Of a stretch of DNA of 32,000 nt, positions 1 through 8,803 are shown piece by piece. The notes below the pieces were generated by a model that saw only the letters and a program-made list of their open reading frames with translations, did not search any database and was not told the DNA's origin. Position numbers and translations under genes: made by a program. Numbering within the stretch: position 1 is the stretch's first letter; each line of letters starts with the position of its first letter. Source of the DNA: Coprobacillaceae bacterium (GTDB lineage Bacteria; Bacillota_I; Bacilli_A; Erysipelotrichales; Coprobacillaceae); contig OY780959.1 in the NCBI GenBank assembly GCA_963675915.1, forward strand, positions 2,430,001 through 2,462,000, in the 5' to 3' direction.

Positions 1-689
1 GGGAAGTAAGTCAATACTACACCAACGGAAGAATATTTCTACGGGGTGTTTTGTATCTGACAGTTGCCGGAATCGTGTTTTATAATATAATCAATCTCAA
101 ACTGGCCCTGGGTCTGGCCAAGCGGCTTGATAACCGCGAAGAGAATCTGATTTTGAATGAACACCGACTTTTTTCGGTGTTGCGAAAAGTGATTATCGTC
201 TCATTGCCGGTCCTGTTTGGCATTGGGCTGTTTTGGGATAACTATGACAATGACCGCTACCTTGATGATTATGACCAGATTTTCACAATAACCGATCTGG
301 TGGCCGGAAGTGAAATCGTTGATGAACAGTATACGACCAATCATTCATATCTGATTCCGTATTCGTATTCGCTTTATCAGCAAGCCGGCGAGGTCAATTA
401 TGACCAGGGCGAAATAGGGGATATTCTCAAGGTTAATTATTATCGCTTCAGTGATGTTTCGTTGCAAAAGCGGATCTTCTCATCATATCTGGTTCTCGAG
501 GATGAAAACCTCAGTTCGATGGAGGAGATTGAGTCGGGAGTATTCCTGGGATATGATCGGAATCTTGGTTTTGCTTCGAATCTCTATATCAATCGCGAGG
601 ATGTCTGTGTGATTGTCTACACCAATTTCGACCTCGAACAAAACGACCGAATTGAAACCATAATGGCCGAATATCTTGTTTTAAACTAG
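1..689 (+). CDS. Hypothetical membrane-anchored protein, 5'-partial (frame stays open to the window edge)
   Basis: The frame of ORF 51..689 has no stop back to nt 3, so the TTG at 51 is probably internal. Two hydrophobic segments (VAGIVFYNIINLKLALGLA, VIIVSLPVLFGIGLF) precede a Tyr/Asp-rich soluble part. I recognise no family. Confidence 0.45.
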   Translation, partial: EVSQYYTNGRIFLRGVLYLTVAGIVFYNIINLKLALGLAKRLDNREENLILNEHRLFSVLRKVIIVSLPVLFGIGLFWDNYDNDRYLDDYDQIFTITDLVAGSEIVDEQYTTNHSYLIPYSYSLYQQAGEVNYDQGEIGDILKVNYYRFSDVSLQKRIFSSYLVLEDENLSSMEEIESGVFLGYDRNLGFASNLYINREDVCVIVYTNFDLEQNDRIETIMAEYLVLN

Positions 690-704
690 CAGTCAAGCTA
701 TAAT
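676..704 (+). promoter_or_regulatory. Putative sigma-A promoter for the PspC-domain gene (TTGTTT-17 nt-TATAAT)
   Basis: TATAAT lies at 699..704 and TTGTTT at 676..681 with a 17-nt spacer, about 20 nt upstream of the start codon. Confidence 0.35.
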
Positions 705-722
705 AAGGCTGAGGTGAAGAAA

Positions 723-911
723 ATGAATAAGAAAATATACCGTTCAAGAAGAGACCGTATTTTTGCGGGAGTGTGCGGAGGCCTTGGTGAGTACTTTGAA
801 ATCGATTCTTCCATTGTCAGAATTCTGTGGGTAGTCTTCACACTGGCAGGGGGATCGGGATTGTTGGCTTACATTATCTGTGCACTGATAATTCCTGAAA
901 GTCCGTATTAA
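723..911 (+). CDS. PspC-domain (phage-shock protein C family) small membrane protein
   Basis: YRSRRDRIFAGVCGGLGEYFEIDSSIVRILWVVFTLAGG is the typical PspC N-terminal domain followed by one TM segment. I prefer the ATG at 723 (GAGG 8 nt upstream) over the GTG at 714. Confidence 0.8.
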   Translation: MNKKIYRSRRDRIFAGVCGGLGEYFEIDSSIVRILWVVFTLAGGSGLLAYIICALIIPESPY

Positions 912-940
912 AAAGGGAGAGGCTCAGCCTCTCCTTTTTT
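911..940. terminator. Intrinsic terminator shared by convergent genes (PspC + / lipid kinase -)
   Basis: AAAA-GGAGAGGC-tca-GCCTCTCC-TTTTTT. This is a perfect 8-bp GC-rich stem flanked by an A-run and a T-run. Confidence 0.8.
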
Positions 941-1847
941 AGTCTTTAGGTTTTGGTACTATGATAGTCAGTTTTTCTTTAAGGGCTTCAATCCTGATTG
1001 GCAGGTTGGGGCCTTTTTCGCCATCGACATCGACAGTGACATCACGGATGTCACTGGTTATTTCAATGACTGTTCCCTGGTGGTATTCAACTTTCGGGGT
1101 GTTGACGTGATTTCCCAGGAGCAATTCAGTTGTTATTTGGACCAGCTCGACAGCGTTGCAGTTTTTAAGAATCTGCAAATCGAGTTTGCCGTCCTGGATT
1201 GAAGCGTAGGGCACCAGGCGGTTGAATCCGCCAATATGTTTTGAATTGGCAATCAGGAACATTCTGGCATCAACTTTGAATTCTTCGCCATCGACTTTGA
1301 CAATCAGGGGAATCAGTCTAGTCAGATGATCCTGAAGATTGGAAATGGCATTGAGCCCGTATGAAAGAGGGCCGAGGCGTTTCTTGTCGCTTGGTGAAGT
1401 AACATAAGAGACGTCGGAGAACATGCCCCCGGCAACAACATTGATGAAGTGGTGGCCGTTGATTGAACCGATATCCGACTTGATCGTATAGAAATCTTCA
1501 ATCATTTCCACTATCTTTGTAGCGCTTCGGGGAATCTTGACAAATGATGCAAAATCATTGACTGTCCCGGCTCCCAGAATAACAAGAGGCAACTCGATAT
1601 CATGTCGGGCGATGTAATCGACAACGTGATTGATGGTACCATCGCCACCCACAGCGATGATGAAATCAAATTTGGTGATCTTATAGAGGTCAACCAGCTC
1701 ATCAAGAGTTTTGTCTTTTTCGGTATAGACGACTTCTACGCGGTTGATGAACTTATCCAGGATCAATCTTCCGATGATGTCATTAAGACTTTTTTGGATG
1801 ATTTGTTGTCCGGAATTGGGATTGACGATCAAAAATGCGGATTTCAT
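939..1847 (-). CDS. Diacylglycerol kinase catalytic-domain lipid kinase (YegS/DagK/BmrU family)
   Basis: MKSAFLIVNPNSGQ... and the IIAVGGDGTINHVV nucleotide-binding motif are present, and length is about 302 aa. The start is trimmed to the ATG at 1847 because the longer ORF (to 1952) runs into pepT. That ATG overlaps the pepT TGA (ATGA). Confidence 0.8.
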   Translation of the reverse strand: MKSAFLIVNPNSGQQIIQKSLNDIIGRLILDKFINRVEVVYTEKDKTLDELVDLYKITKFDFIIAVGGDGTINHVVDYIARHDIELPLVILGAGTVNDFASFVKIPRSATKIVEMIEDFYTIKSDIGSINGHHFINVVAGGMFSDVSYVTSPSDKKRLGPLSYGLNAISNLQDHLTRLIPLIVKVDGEEFKVDARMFLIANSKHIGGFNRLVPYASIQDGKLDLQILKNCNAVELVQITTELLLGNHVNTPKVEYHQGTVIEITSDIRDVTVDVDGEKGPNLPIRIEALKEKLTIIVPKPKD

Positions 1848-3046
1848 GATACCAATGCAACCAACAGTTTGACTTGCTGTTCCATCTGGGTTAATGAAAC
1901 AAATTCGAATGGTCCATGTGCATTGCCACCACCGGTACCCAGGTTGGGACATGGCAGTCCCATATAGGTCAGCCGGGCTCCGTCGGTACCGCCGCGGATT
2001 GGTACGATTTTAGGTTTGATTTTCAATTCTTTCATTTTATCGATTACGTTCTGGATGATGTAGTATCTCTTTTCGATAATCGGAACCATGTTCAGGTATG
2101 ATTCCTTGAATGTCAGACTGATTGCCTGATAGCCATACTTGTCATTCAAGAAGGCGGCAATTTTATTGAATCGGGCAATCTGATTGTTGATTTCATCGAG
2201 ATCATGATTTCTGATGATATAATCCATTTTGGCTTTTTCGGTGGTTCCTTCAATCTTGTGAAGATGATTGAAGCCCTCATAACCCGAAGTGTAATAGGGG
2301 CGTTTGTGGGACGGCAGCAGGCTGTCAAATTCAAACGCGATCATGTTGGCCGAAACCATTTTGTTTTTAGCTGCCCCGGGATGGACTGATTTTCCAGTAA
2401 TCACAACTTCACAGCTAAAGGCGTTGAAGTTTTCGTAACTCAGTTCATTGATGAGGCCACCATCAATCGTATAGGCGTATTTGGCTCCAAATTTCTCAAT
2501 ATCGAAATTATCGGGACCACGTCCGATTTCTTCATCGGGGGTAAAGGCTATTTTGACAGCATTATGGGGAATCTCCGGGTGATTAACCAGAAATTCGATC
2601 ATTTCCATGATAATGGCGATACCGGCTTTGTCATCTCCGCCAAGAAGTGTGTTACCGTCAGTGACAACGATATCGTCTCCGACAACTTTTTCCAATAGTT
2701 CAAATGTTTCAGGGTCAAGCGTGATATCTTTTTCCTCGTTGAGGATTATTTTGGAACCGTCATAATTACGGATGATCCGGGGTTGGACATCAACTCCTGA
2801 AGCGTCTGGTGAAGTATCCATATGGGCGATGAATCCGATTGGGTCTTTGGTGTCATCGTTGCCATCTAGTGTGGCATACACTATTCCGAATTCGTCCACA
2901 TGGGCATCGCCAAGTCCTAATTCAAGCAGTTGCTCCACCAGCAGTTTGGCCAAAACCAATTGTTTTGCGGTGCTGGGACTGGTCTTGGAGTCCGGGTCTG
3001 ATTGAGTGTCTATTTTTACATATTCAATAAATCTTGTTTCTAACAT
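1844..3046 (-). CDS. pepT: Peptidase T (tripeptide aminopeptidase, M20B)
   Basis: The N-terminus MLETRFIEYVKIDTQSD, the IAHMDTSPD motif, GGDDKAGIA and a length of about 400 aa all fit PepT. The start is trimmed to the ATG at 3046, preceded by AAAGGATGG. Confidence 0.9.
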   Translation of the reverse strand: MLETRFIEYVKIDTQSDPDSKTSPSTAKQLVLAKLLVEQLLELGLGDAHVDEFGIVYATLDGNDDTKDPIGFIAHMDTSPDASGVDVQPRIIRNYDGSKIILNEEKDITLDPETFELLEKVVGDDIVVTDGNTLLGGDDKAGIAIIMEMIEFLVNHPEIPHNAVKIAFTPDEEIGRGPDNFDIEKFGAKYAYTIDGGLINELSYENFNAFSCEVVITGKSVHPGAAKNKMVSANMIAFEFDSLLPSHKRPYYTSGYEGFNHLHKIEGTTEKAKMDYIIRNHDLDEINNQIARFNKIAAFLNDKYGYQAISLTFKESYLNMVPIIEKRYYIIQNVIDKMKELKIKPKIVPIRGGTDGARLTYMGLPCPNLGTGGGNAHGPFEFVSLTQMEQQVKLLVALVS

Positions 3047-3100
3047 GGGCAACCATCCTTTCTCAATTTCATTATCCTTTAATTCCTGGGATAAATCAAG

Positions 3101-3129
3101 TTGAGGATATACTAAAAGTTTGGTAAAAT
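3101..3129 (+). promoter_or_regulatory. Putative extended -10 promoter for the RNase H gene (TTGAGG-17-TGgTAAAAT)
   Basis: TTGAGG lies at 3101..3106, TG at 3121..3122 and TAAAAT at 3124..3129. The start codon is 29 nt downstream. Confidence 0.4.
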
Positions 3130-3157
3130 TAGGTAAATTCAAGCGAAGGAGCTACAA

Positions 3158-3742
3158 ATGAAATTTTATGCAGTTAAAAAAGGAAAGAAACCGGGAATTT
3201 ATCATACTTGGGACGAATGTCGGGCTCAAGTGATTGGTTTTTCCGGAGCAATATACAAATCGTTCAAAACCGAGCAGGAAGCCTTGGATTTCATCAATGA
3301 CGACCTGGGCGGACCGATTGATGTTGATGTGATCGCCTATGTCGATGGAAGTTACAATATCAAAACCAAAGTATACGGATATGGCGGAGTGTTGATTGCC
3401 GAGGGCGAAGTGGTTGAGAAATTCCATGGGGTCGGTGACAATGAGGAAGATGCCAAAATGCGGAATGTGGCCGGGGAAATAATGGGGAGTCTCAAGGCAA
3501 TTGAACTGGCGATCAAACATGATTATAAAGGGATTGCGATCTACTACGATTATGAAGGGATTGAAAAGTGGGCCAACAAGCTCTGGAAGGCCAACAAGCC
3601 GGGCACCAAGGATTATGTCAAGAAAATCGAGCAGTATCGCAACCAAATCGATATCGCTTTTGTCAAAGTTTTAGCACATAGTGGCGACTACTATAATGAA
3701 ATAGTCGATGATCTGGCCAAAAAAGCGGTCGGGGTTTTGTAG
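3158..3742 (+). CDS. RNase H1-type ribonuclease with N-terminal hybrid-binding (caulimovirus viroplasmin-like) domain
   Basis: The N-terminus FYAVKKGKKPGIYHTWDECRAQVIGFSGAIYKSFKTEQEALDF is the RNase H1 N-terminal HBD fold signature. It is followed by an RNase H-like core (YVDGSY ... GEIMG ... YYDYEGI ... AHSGDYYNEIVDDLAK). Confidence 0.75.
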   Translation: MKFYAVKKGKKPGIYHTWDECRAQVIGFSGAIYKSFKTEQEALDFINDDLGGPIDVDVIAYVDGSYNIKTKVYGYGGVLIAEGEVVEKFHGVGDNEEDAKMRNVAGEIMGSLKAIELAIKHDYKGIAIYYDYEGIEKWANKLWKANKPGTKDYVKKIEQYRNQIDIAFVKVLAHSGDYYNEIVDDLAKKAVGVL

Positions 3743-3876
3743 AATAAGTTACAAGTGATGAATAAAACTCATTTATTATTCATAAATCCGGATGAATGAG
3801 GGAATAATAGCTGAATATTTTAAGCTGATATTTAACTCAAAAGGAACCTTTTGTTTTGCAGGCGAGAAATAAAATG

Positions 3877-3904
3877 ACCGGGAATCAACTAATTCCCGGT
3901 TTTA
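3877..3904 (+). terminator. Intrinsic terminator downstream of the RNase H gene
   Basis: ACCGGGAAT-caacta-ATTCCCGGT followed by TTTT. Confidence 0.7.
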
Positions 3905-4132
3905 TGTTAACACCACCTCCGATTAGTTAAAAAATTCAAAGTTGTTACATTGTTCGGTGATAAAAACACTTTACCGAAATAATAATTTATCACTTGATGC
4001 GTTTATGATAATCCGAAAATTAAATTTTTTTTTTGTTTTTTGAATTAAAAAATGTGGAATAATTTGTGATTGTATGCTAAAGTGTACAGGTACAAAGAAT
4101 AATTTGTATTATAAATTGGAGGAAAGAAAAAA

Positions 4133-5761
4133 ATGCAATTTAAAAAACTATTAGCAGGTGGGCTGGTAGCTGCAATGTCAGTTTCAACTCTTACCGGATG
4201 TGCTACTACATCTAGTACGACTACTTCACTGACAATCAATACAGTTACTGAACCCCCAGAATTAAATTCAGTCTTGACATCTTCTTCAGGATCGATGGAT
4301 GTATTACGTCAATGTATGGACGGATTGGTTATCTTGGATGCTGACAATGCGGCACAACCAGGAGCAGCTAAATCTTGGTCTCAAGTTGAAAACGAAGACG
4401 GAACTGTTACTTACACATTCTTATTACAAGATGATGGTGTATGGTCAAACGGAACTGCAGTTACTGCAAGTGACTTCGAATTCGCTTTAGACTTATTATT
4501 CACACCTTCTTACGGTGCAGTTTATGCCGGAACTTGGGCTCCTTACTTTGCAGGCGCTGAAGCAATGATGGCATCAGAAGATGACGCTTCATTAGAAGCT
4601 GCAATGGCAAACAAAGGTTGGGAAGCTGTAGATGATACTACTTTCACAATCACAACAACTTCAAGTTACCCATTCTTTATCAAATTATTGGCTTTCGTTA
4701 ACTTCTTACCAGTAAACGAAGCATTCTACAACGAAGTAGGAGCTGATAACTATGCTAAAGATGCAGATAAATTAATTTACAATGGGGCTTTCACAATCAC
4801 TGAATGGCAACATGAAGATCATATCACATTCACTAAAAATGCTGATTACTGGAACGCAGATGCAATCAACTTGGAATCTGCTACATTCCGTATGATTAAA
4901 GATGAAAACACATCTAAAAACGAATTCATCGCAGGAAACTTAGATGAAACTGCAGTATCAGGTGAAGTTGCTGCTCAATTAAAAGAACAAGGTTACGAAG
5001 TTTACAACTACTCAGATGGTTCAGCTTGGTACTTGGAATACAACCACACTTTACCAGGAACAAACAACGCTAAAGTGCGTGAAGCTTTAACAAAAGGTAT
5101 CGATGCTCAATCATTCGTTGACAACGTTATCCAAAATGATTCAGTTGTTGCAACTACATTCACACCATCAGCAATCGCTAATGGAGACTTCAAAGCAATG
5201 GTTGGAGATTTAGTAGTTCGTGATGGAGATTACGATTCATTAAAAGCATTATTGAATGAAGGATTAGCTGAAGAAGGTATGACAGTTGAAGATCTTGACT
5301 TAGTAATGATCTGTGATGATACAACTGGTGCTCAAAAATATGCAGCATTCGTTCAAGAACAATTAAGAGCTAACTTAGGTGTTGAAATTCAAATCAATGC
5401 TATGCCTTACAAATCAAGAATCGCAGCTATGCAATCTGGTGACTTCTCATTAGTATTCGCTGGTTGGGGTCCTGACTATGATGATCCAATGACTTTCTTA
5501 GATTTATTCTATTCAACAAGCGGTAACAACCATGGTGGTTATGCTTCAGCTGAATACGATTCATTAGTAGATCAAGCTAAAATGGAAACTGATACTGATA
5601 AACGTAATGAATTAATGAAACAAATCGAAGAAGTAATCGCTACTGATTATCCAATTGGTGTAATCTACAACAGATCAGTATCTTATGTAATGTCAGATGC
5701 TGCTGCTAACGGATTAGTTCGTAAATGTTTCAACGATTTAAACATTAGATACGTAAAATAA
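4133..5761 (+). CDS. oppA: Oligopeptide ABC transporter substrate-binding lipoprotein (SBP family 5)
   Basis: The signal peptide has the lipobox LTGC (MQFKKLLAGGLVAAMSVSTLTGCATT). Length is 542 aa and family-5 SBP features are present (WSNG, DPMTFLDLF). It lies immediately upstream of oppBCDF. Confidence 0.85.
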   Translation: MQFKKLLAGGLVAAMSVSTLTGCATTSSTTTSLTINTVTEPPELNSVLTSSSGSMDVLRQCMDGLVILDADNAAQPGAAKSWSQVENEDGTVTYTFLLQDDGVWSNGTAVTASDFEFALDLLFTPSYGAVYAGTWAPYFAGAEAMMASEDDASLEAAMANKGWEAVDDTTFTITTTSSYPFFIKLLAFVNFLPVNEAFYNEVGADNYAKDADKLIYNGAFTITEWQHEDHITFTKNADYWNADAINLESATFRMIKDENTSKNEFIAGNLDETAVSGEVAAQLKEQGYEVYNYSDGSAWYLEYNHTLPGTNNAKVREALTKGIDAQSFVDNVIQNDSVVATTFTPSAIANGDFKAMVGDLVVRDGDYDSLKALLNEGLAEEGMTVEDLDLVMICDDTTGAQKYAAFVQEQLRANLGVEIQINAMPYKSRIAAMQSGDFSLVFAGWGPDYDDPMTFLDLFYSTSGNNHGGYASAEYDSLVDQAKMETDTDKRNELMKQIEEVIATDYPIGVIYNRSVSYVMSDAAANGLVRKCFNDLNIRYVK

Positions 5762-5786
5762 TAGGTATTATTCGATGAAACTCAAA

Positions 5787-5815
5787 ACAAGAGGACATTT
5801 CCTCTTGTTTTTGTT
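5787..5815 (+). terminator. Intra-operon terminator/attenuator hairpin between oppA and oppB
   Basis: ACAAGAGGA-catt-TCCTCTTGT followed by TTTTGTTTG. This is the usual position for setting SBP excess over the permease. Confidence 0.65.
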
Positions 5816-5891
5816 TGTGGATTATAGTAATATCTACGATTGTGTTGTAAAATTTATGTAACATAATCATTTTTAGAAAGGTGTGGAGTAT

Positions 5892-6827
5892 ATGGCAAAA
5901 TATGTACTTAAGCGTTTAGCGTATGCCCTTGTAACAATTATCGTGCTGATTGCAATCACTTTTGCATTGATGCAGTTGTTACCAGGCGATCCATTTATTG
6001 GAGATAAAGCGATGTCAGAGGCTACCAAAGCAGCTTTGATGGCCAAGTATGGTTTTGACAAGCCGGTATGGCAACAATTTTTTATTTATATGAGTAATGT
6101 ATTGACTGGAGATTTGGGAACATCAGCGGTCTCAAACCGTTCAGTAACTACCATTATCTTGGAATCATTCCCGTATTCATTCGACTTGGGAATCCGTTCG
6201 TTGATTTTTGCGGCTATCGTCGGGGTTTTCCTGGGATCAACAGCGGCAATCCGTCGTGGTAAAACAGCGGATACAGTGGCAATGATCATCTCAGTTATCG
6301 GGGTATCGGTACCTTCGTTCATCGTGGCGGCGGTTCTGCAATATTTCTTGGCTCTTAAATTGGGGTTGGCTCTGGGAACATTTATCTTCCCGATATCAGG
6401 TTATTCTTCGGAAATGCACAAGATCCTTCCGGCTCTTTCGCTTTCATTGGGGACTTTGGCAACCGTCTCTCGTTTGATGAGAACATCAATGTTGGATGTG
6501 TTGGGATCTGATTATATCAAGACAGCAAAAGCCAAAGGTTTGTCACAAAGAACAATCCTGTACCGTCACGCATTACGTAATGCGGTTATGCCGGTCTTGA
6601 CTGTACTAGGACCGCTGGCTGCAGCAATCCTGACTGGTGGATTTGTAGTTGAACAAATCTATACAATTCCGGGAATGGGGAAACTGTTCGTTACTGCGAT
6701 TCAATCACTTGATTACCAGGTAATCGTAGGAACAACAATCTTCTACGGAACATTTTTAATTGTCGCTACACTGATCATCGACATCCTTTATGGTGTGGTT
6801 GATCCGCGAGTGGATTTATCAAAATAG
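5892..6827 (+). CDS. oppB: Oligopeptide ABC transporter permease
   Basis: The N-terminus MAKYVLKRLAY, a multi-TM protein, the EAA-like loop (YIKTAKAKGLSQRTILYRHALRNA) and the C-terminal VDPRV motif fit OppB. I prefer the ATG at 5892 (AAAGGTG 8 nt upstream). Confidence 0.85.
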   Translation: MAKYVLKRLAYALVTIIVLIAITFALMQLLPGDPFIGDKAMSEATKAALMAKYGFDKPVWQQFFIYMSNVLTGDLGTSAVSNRSVTTIILESFPYSFDLGIRSLIFAAIVGVFLGSTAAIRRGKTADTVAMIISVIGVSVPSFIVAAVLQYFLALKLGLALGTFIFPISGYSSEMHKILPALSLSLGTLATVSRLMRTSMLDVLGSDYIKTAKAKGLSQRTILYRHALRNAVMPVLTVLGPLAAAILTGGFVVEQIYTIPGMGKLFVTAIQSLDYQVIVGTTIFYGTFLIVATLIIDILYGVVDPRVDLSK

Positions 6828-6838
6828 GAGTAAGATGA

Positions 6839-7798
6839 ATGGAAGAAAATAAAATATATGGTGCCAATTCATCAATTCCAGCTGGTGAATTTGAGCACGT
6901 AGGACAAGATATCGACAGTTCTAATGTCATCTCAAGACCGTCAATTTCATTTTGGCAGGATGCTTGGGGTAGACTTAAGTCTGATCGTACCGCAATGTTA
7001 TTTATCATTGTGTTGATTTTAATGGTTTTAGGGGCTGTCATTTTCCCGATGATTTCTCCTTATAATATGTCGGAACAGCATCTTGAATTCAAAAATTCAG
7101 GAATGTTCTTTGGTGAGGACGTCAATTTCCATATTTTTGGGACTGATGACCTTGGTCGAGATTTATGGGTCAGAGTATGGATGGGGGCGCGGGTGTCGTT
7201 ATTGATTGCCTTTGTAGCGGTTGCCATCAATACTGTTGTTGGAGTAATTTATGGTGGGGTTTCCGGATATTTCGGTGGTGCAATCGACAATATCATGATG
7301 CGTATCGTCGAAATCGTCAACGGTATCCCATATCTTTTGATTGTAATCCTTTTAGGTATCATTTTGCCAAAAGGGATTGTTTCGATCATCGTTGCTTTGG
7401 TAATGGTCGGTTGGGTCGGAATGGCCCGTTTGGTTCGTGGTCAGGTGTTGCAGCTTAAAGAACAGGAGTTCGTTATTGCCGCGCAGACTATGGGAGCTAG
7501 TTCGTCTAGAATAATCTTCCGCCACTTGATTCCAAACATCATCTCGGTAATTATCATCAACTTGACTTTATCGATTCCTTCGGCAATCTTTGCTGAAGCC
7601 TTCCTGTCTTTCCTGGGTATCGGAGTACCAATTCCGAATGCTTCTTGGGGGATGTTGGCAAGTGACGGGATCCGTAATTTCCAAGCGTATCCATATCAAT
7701 TATTAATTCCCGCTTTCTTTATCTCAATCACCATGTTGGCATTCAACTTGCTTGGTGACAGATTAAGAGATGCGTTCGATCCAAAATTAAGGAGATAA
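6839..7798 (+). CDS. oppC: Oligopeptide ABC transporter permease
   Basis: An OppC-type N-terminal extension with SFWQDAWGRLK, the BPD permease core and the C-terminal DAFDPKLR motif are present. GGAG lies 8 nt upstream. Confidence 0.85.
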   Translation: MEENKIYGANSSIPAGEFEHVGQDIDSSNVISRPSISFWQDAWGRLKSDRTAMLFIIVLILMVLGAVIFPMISPYNMSEQHLEFKNSGMFFGEDVNFHIFGTDDLGRDLWVRVWMGARVSLLIAFVAVAINTVVGVIYGGVSGYFGGAIDNIMMRIVEIVNGIPYLLIVILLGIILPKGIVSIIVALVMVGWVGMARLVRGQVLQLKEQEFVIAAQTMGASSSRIIFRHLIPNIISVIIINLTLSIPSAIFAEAFLSFLGIGVPIPNASWGMLASDGIRNFQAYPYQLLIPAFFISITMLAFNLLGDRLRDAFDPKLRR

Positions 7799-7801
7799 CA
7801 A

Positions 7802-8800
7802 ATGGCAAAAGTATTAGATATAAAAGATCTATATGTTTCATTTGATACTTATGCAGGTGAAGTTCAAGCTGTTCGTGGTGTAAGCTACTCAGTTGATAAA
7901 GGTGAAGTATTGGCTGTCGTTGGGGAGTCAGGTTCTGGGAAATCAGTAACTGCTCAAACAATCATGAAATTGAACCCAATGCCGCCTGCAAGAATCAAAT
8001 CAGGTGAAATCAAACTTAACACTCACGACATTGTCAAATGTAAAGAAGAAGAAATGCAGAAAATTCGTGGTAAAGAAGTTTCAATGATCTTCCAGGATCC
8101 GATGACTTCTTTGAATCCGACGATGCAAGTAGGTAAACAAATTACCGAAGCAATCCGTCACCATCAGAATCTTTCTAAAGACGAGGCTCAAAAAAGAGCT
8201 ATCGATATGCTTAAAAAAGTTCAAATTCCAAATCCGGAAAAACGGGCAAAACAATATCCACATGAATTCTCAGGTGGGATGCGTCAAAGAGCGATGATCG
8301 CCATGGCCTTGTCTTGTAACCCTGATTTGCTTATCGCCGATGAACCGACTACGGCTTTGGACGTAACAATCCAAGCGCAGATCATCGATCTTCTTGGTGA
8401 TATCCGTCGTGATTTGGGAACCGGGATTGTATTGATCACCCATGACCTTGGAGTGGTTGCTTCCCTGGCTGACCGAATCGCGGTAATGTATGCCGGTCAA
8501 ATCGTGGAGACTGGATCTGCGGAAGATATCTTCTACAAACCAAGTCATCCATATACAAGAGCGTTGCTTAAATCATTACCAGGAAACAATGCTTCAAAAG
8601 AAAAAGGACTTTCATCAATTCCAGGAACTCCGCCTGATTTGATTGCACCACCAACTGGTTGTGCTTTCGCAGCGCGTTGTGAAAGTTGTATGAAAATCTG
8701 TAAAACTCATGAACCACCAACTTACAATGTTGAAACTGCTCATGAGTCAAAATGCTGGCTGTTGCATAAAGACTGCCCAGTGAAGGTGGAAGGAGAATAA
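7802..8800 (+). CDS. oppD: Oligopeptide ABC transporter ATP-binding protein
   Basis: Walker A GESGSGKS, signature FSGGMRQR and Walker [13 protein letters not shown] are present, plus a C-terminal Cys-rich oligopeptide_C domain. Confidence 0.9.
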   Translation: MAKVLDIKDLYVSFDTYAGEVQAVRGVSYSVDKGEVLAVVGESGSGKSVTAQTIMKLNPMPPARIKSGEIKLNTHDIVKCKEEEMQKIRGKEVSMIFQDPMTSLNPTMQVGKQITEAIRHHQNLSKDEAQKRAIDMLKKVQIPNPEKRAKQYPHEFSGGMRQRAMIAMALSCNPDLLIADEPTTALDVTIQAQIIDLLGDIRRDLGTGIVLITHDLGVVASLADRIAVMYAGQIVETGSAEDIFYKPSHPYTRALLKSLPGNNASKEKGLSSIPGTPPDLIAPPTGCAFAARCESCMKICKTHEPPTYNVETAHESKCWLLHKDCPVKVEGE

Positions 8801-8803
8801 TCG

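Noticed and set aside
1848-1952. N-terminal extension of the lipid-kinase ORF (MSQPGYRWWQ...), and likewise 3047..3142 (pepT), 28030..28143 (SDR) and 16349..16381 (AEC)
   Set aside because: The extensions overlap upstream genes or an IS inverted repeat, lack an SD and have no counterpart in the protein families. Internal ATGs with good SDs match the family N-termini.
3152-3646. 164-aa minus-strand ORF
   Set aside because: It is antisense to the RNase H1-type gene, which has recognisable HBD and catalytic motifs.
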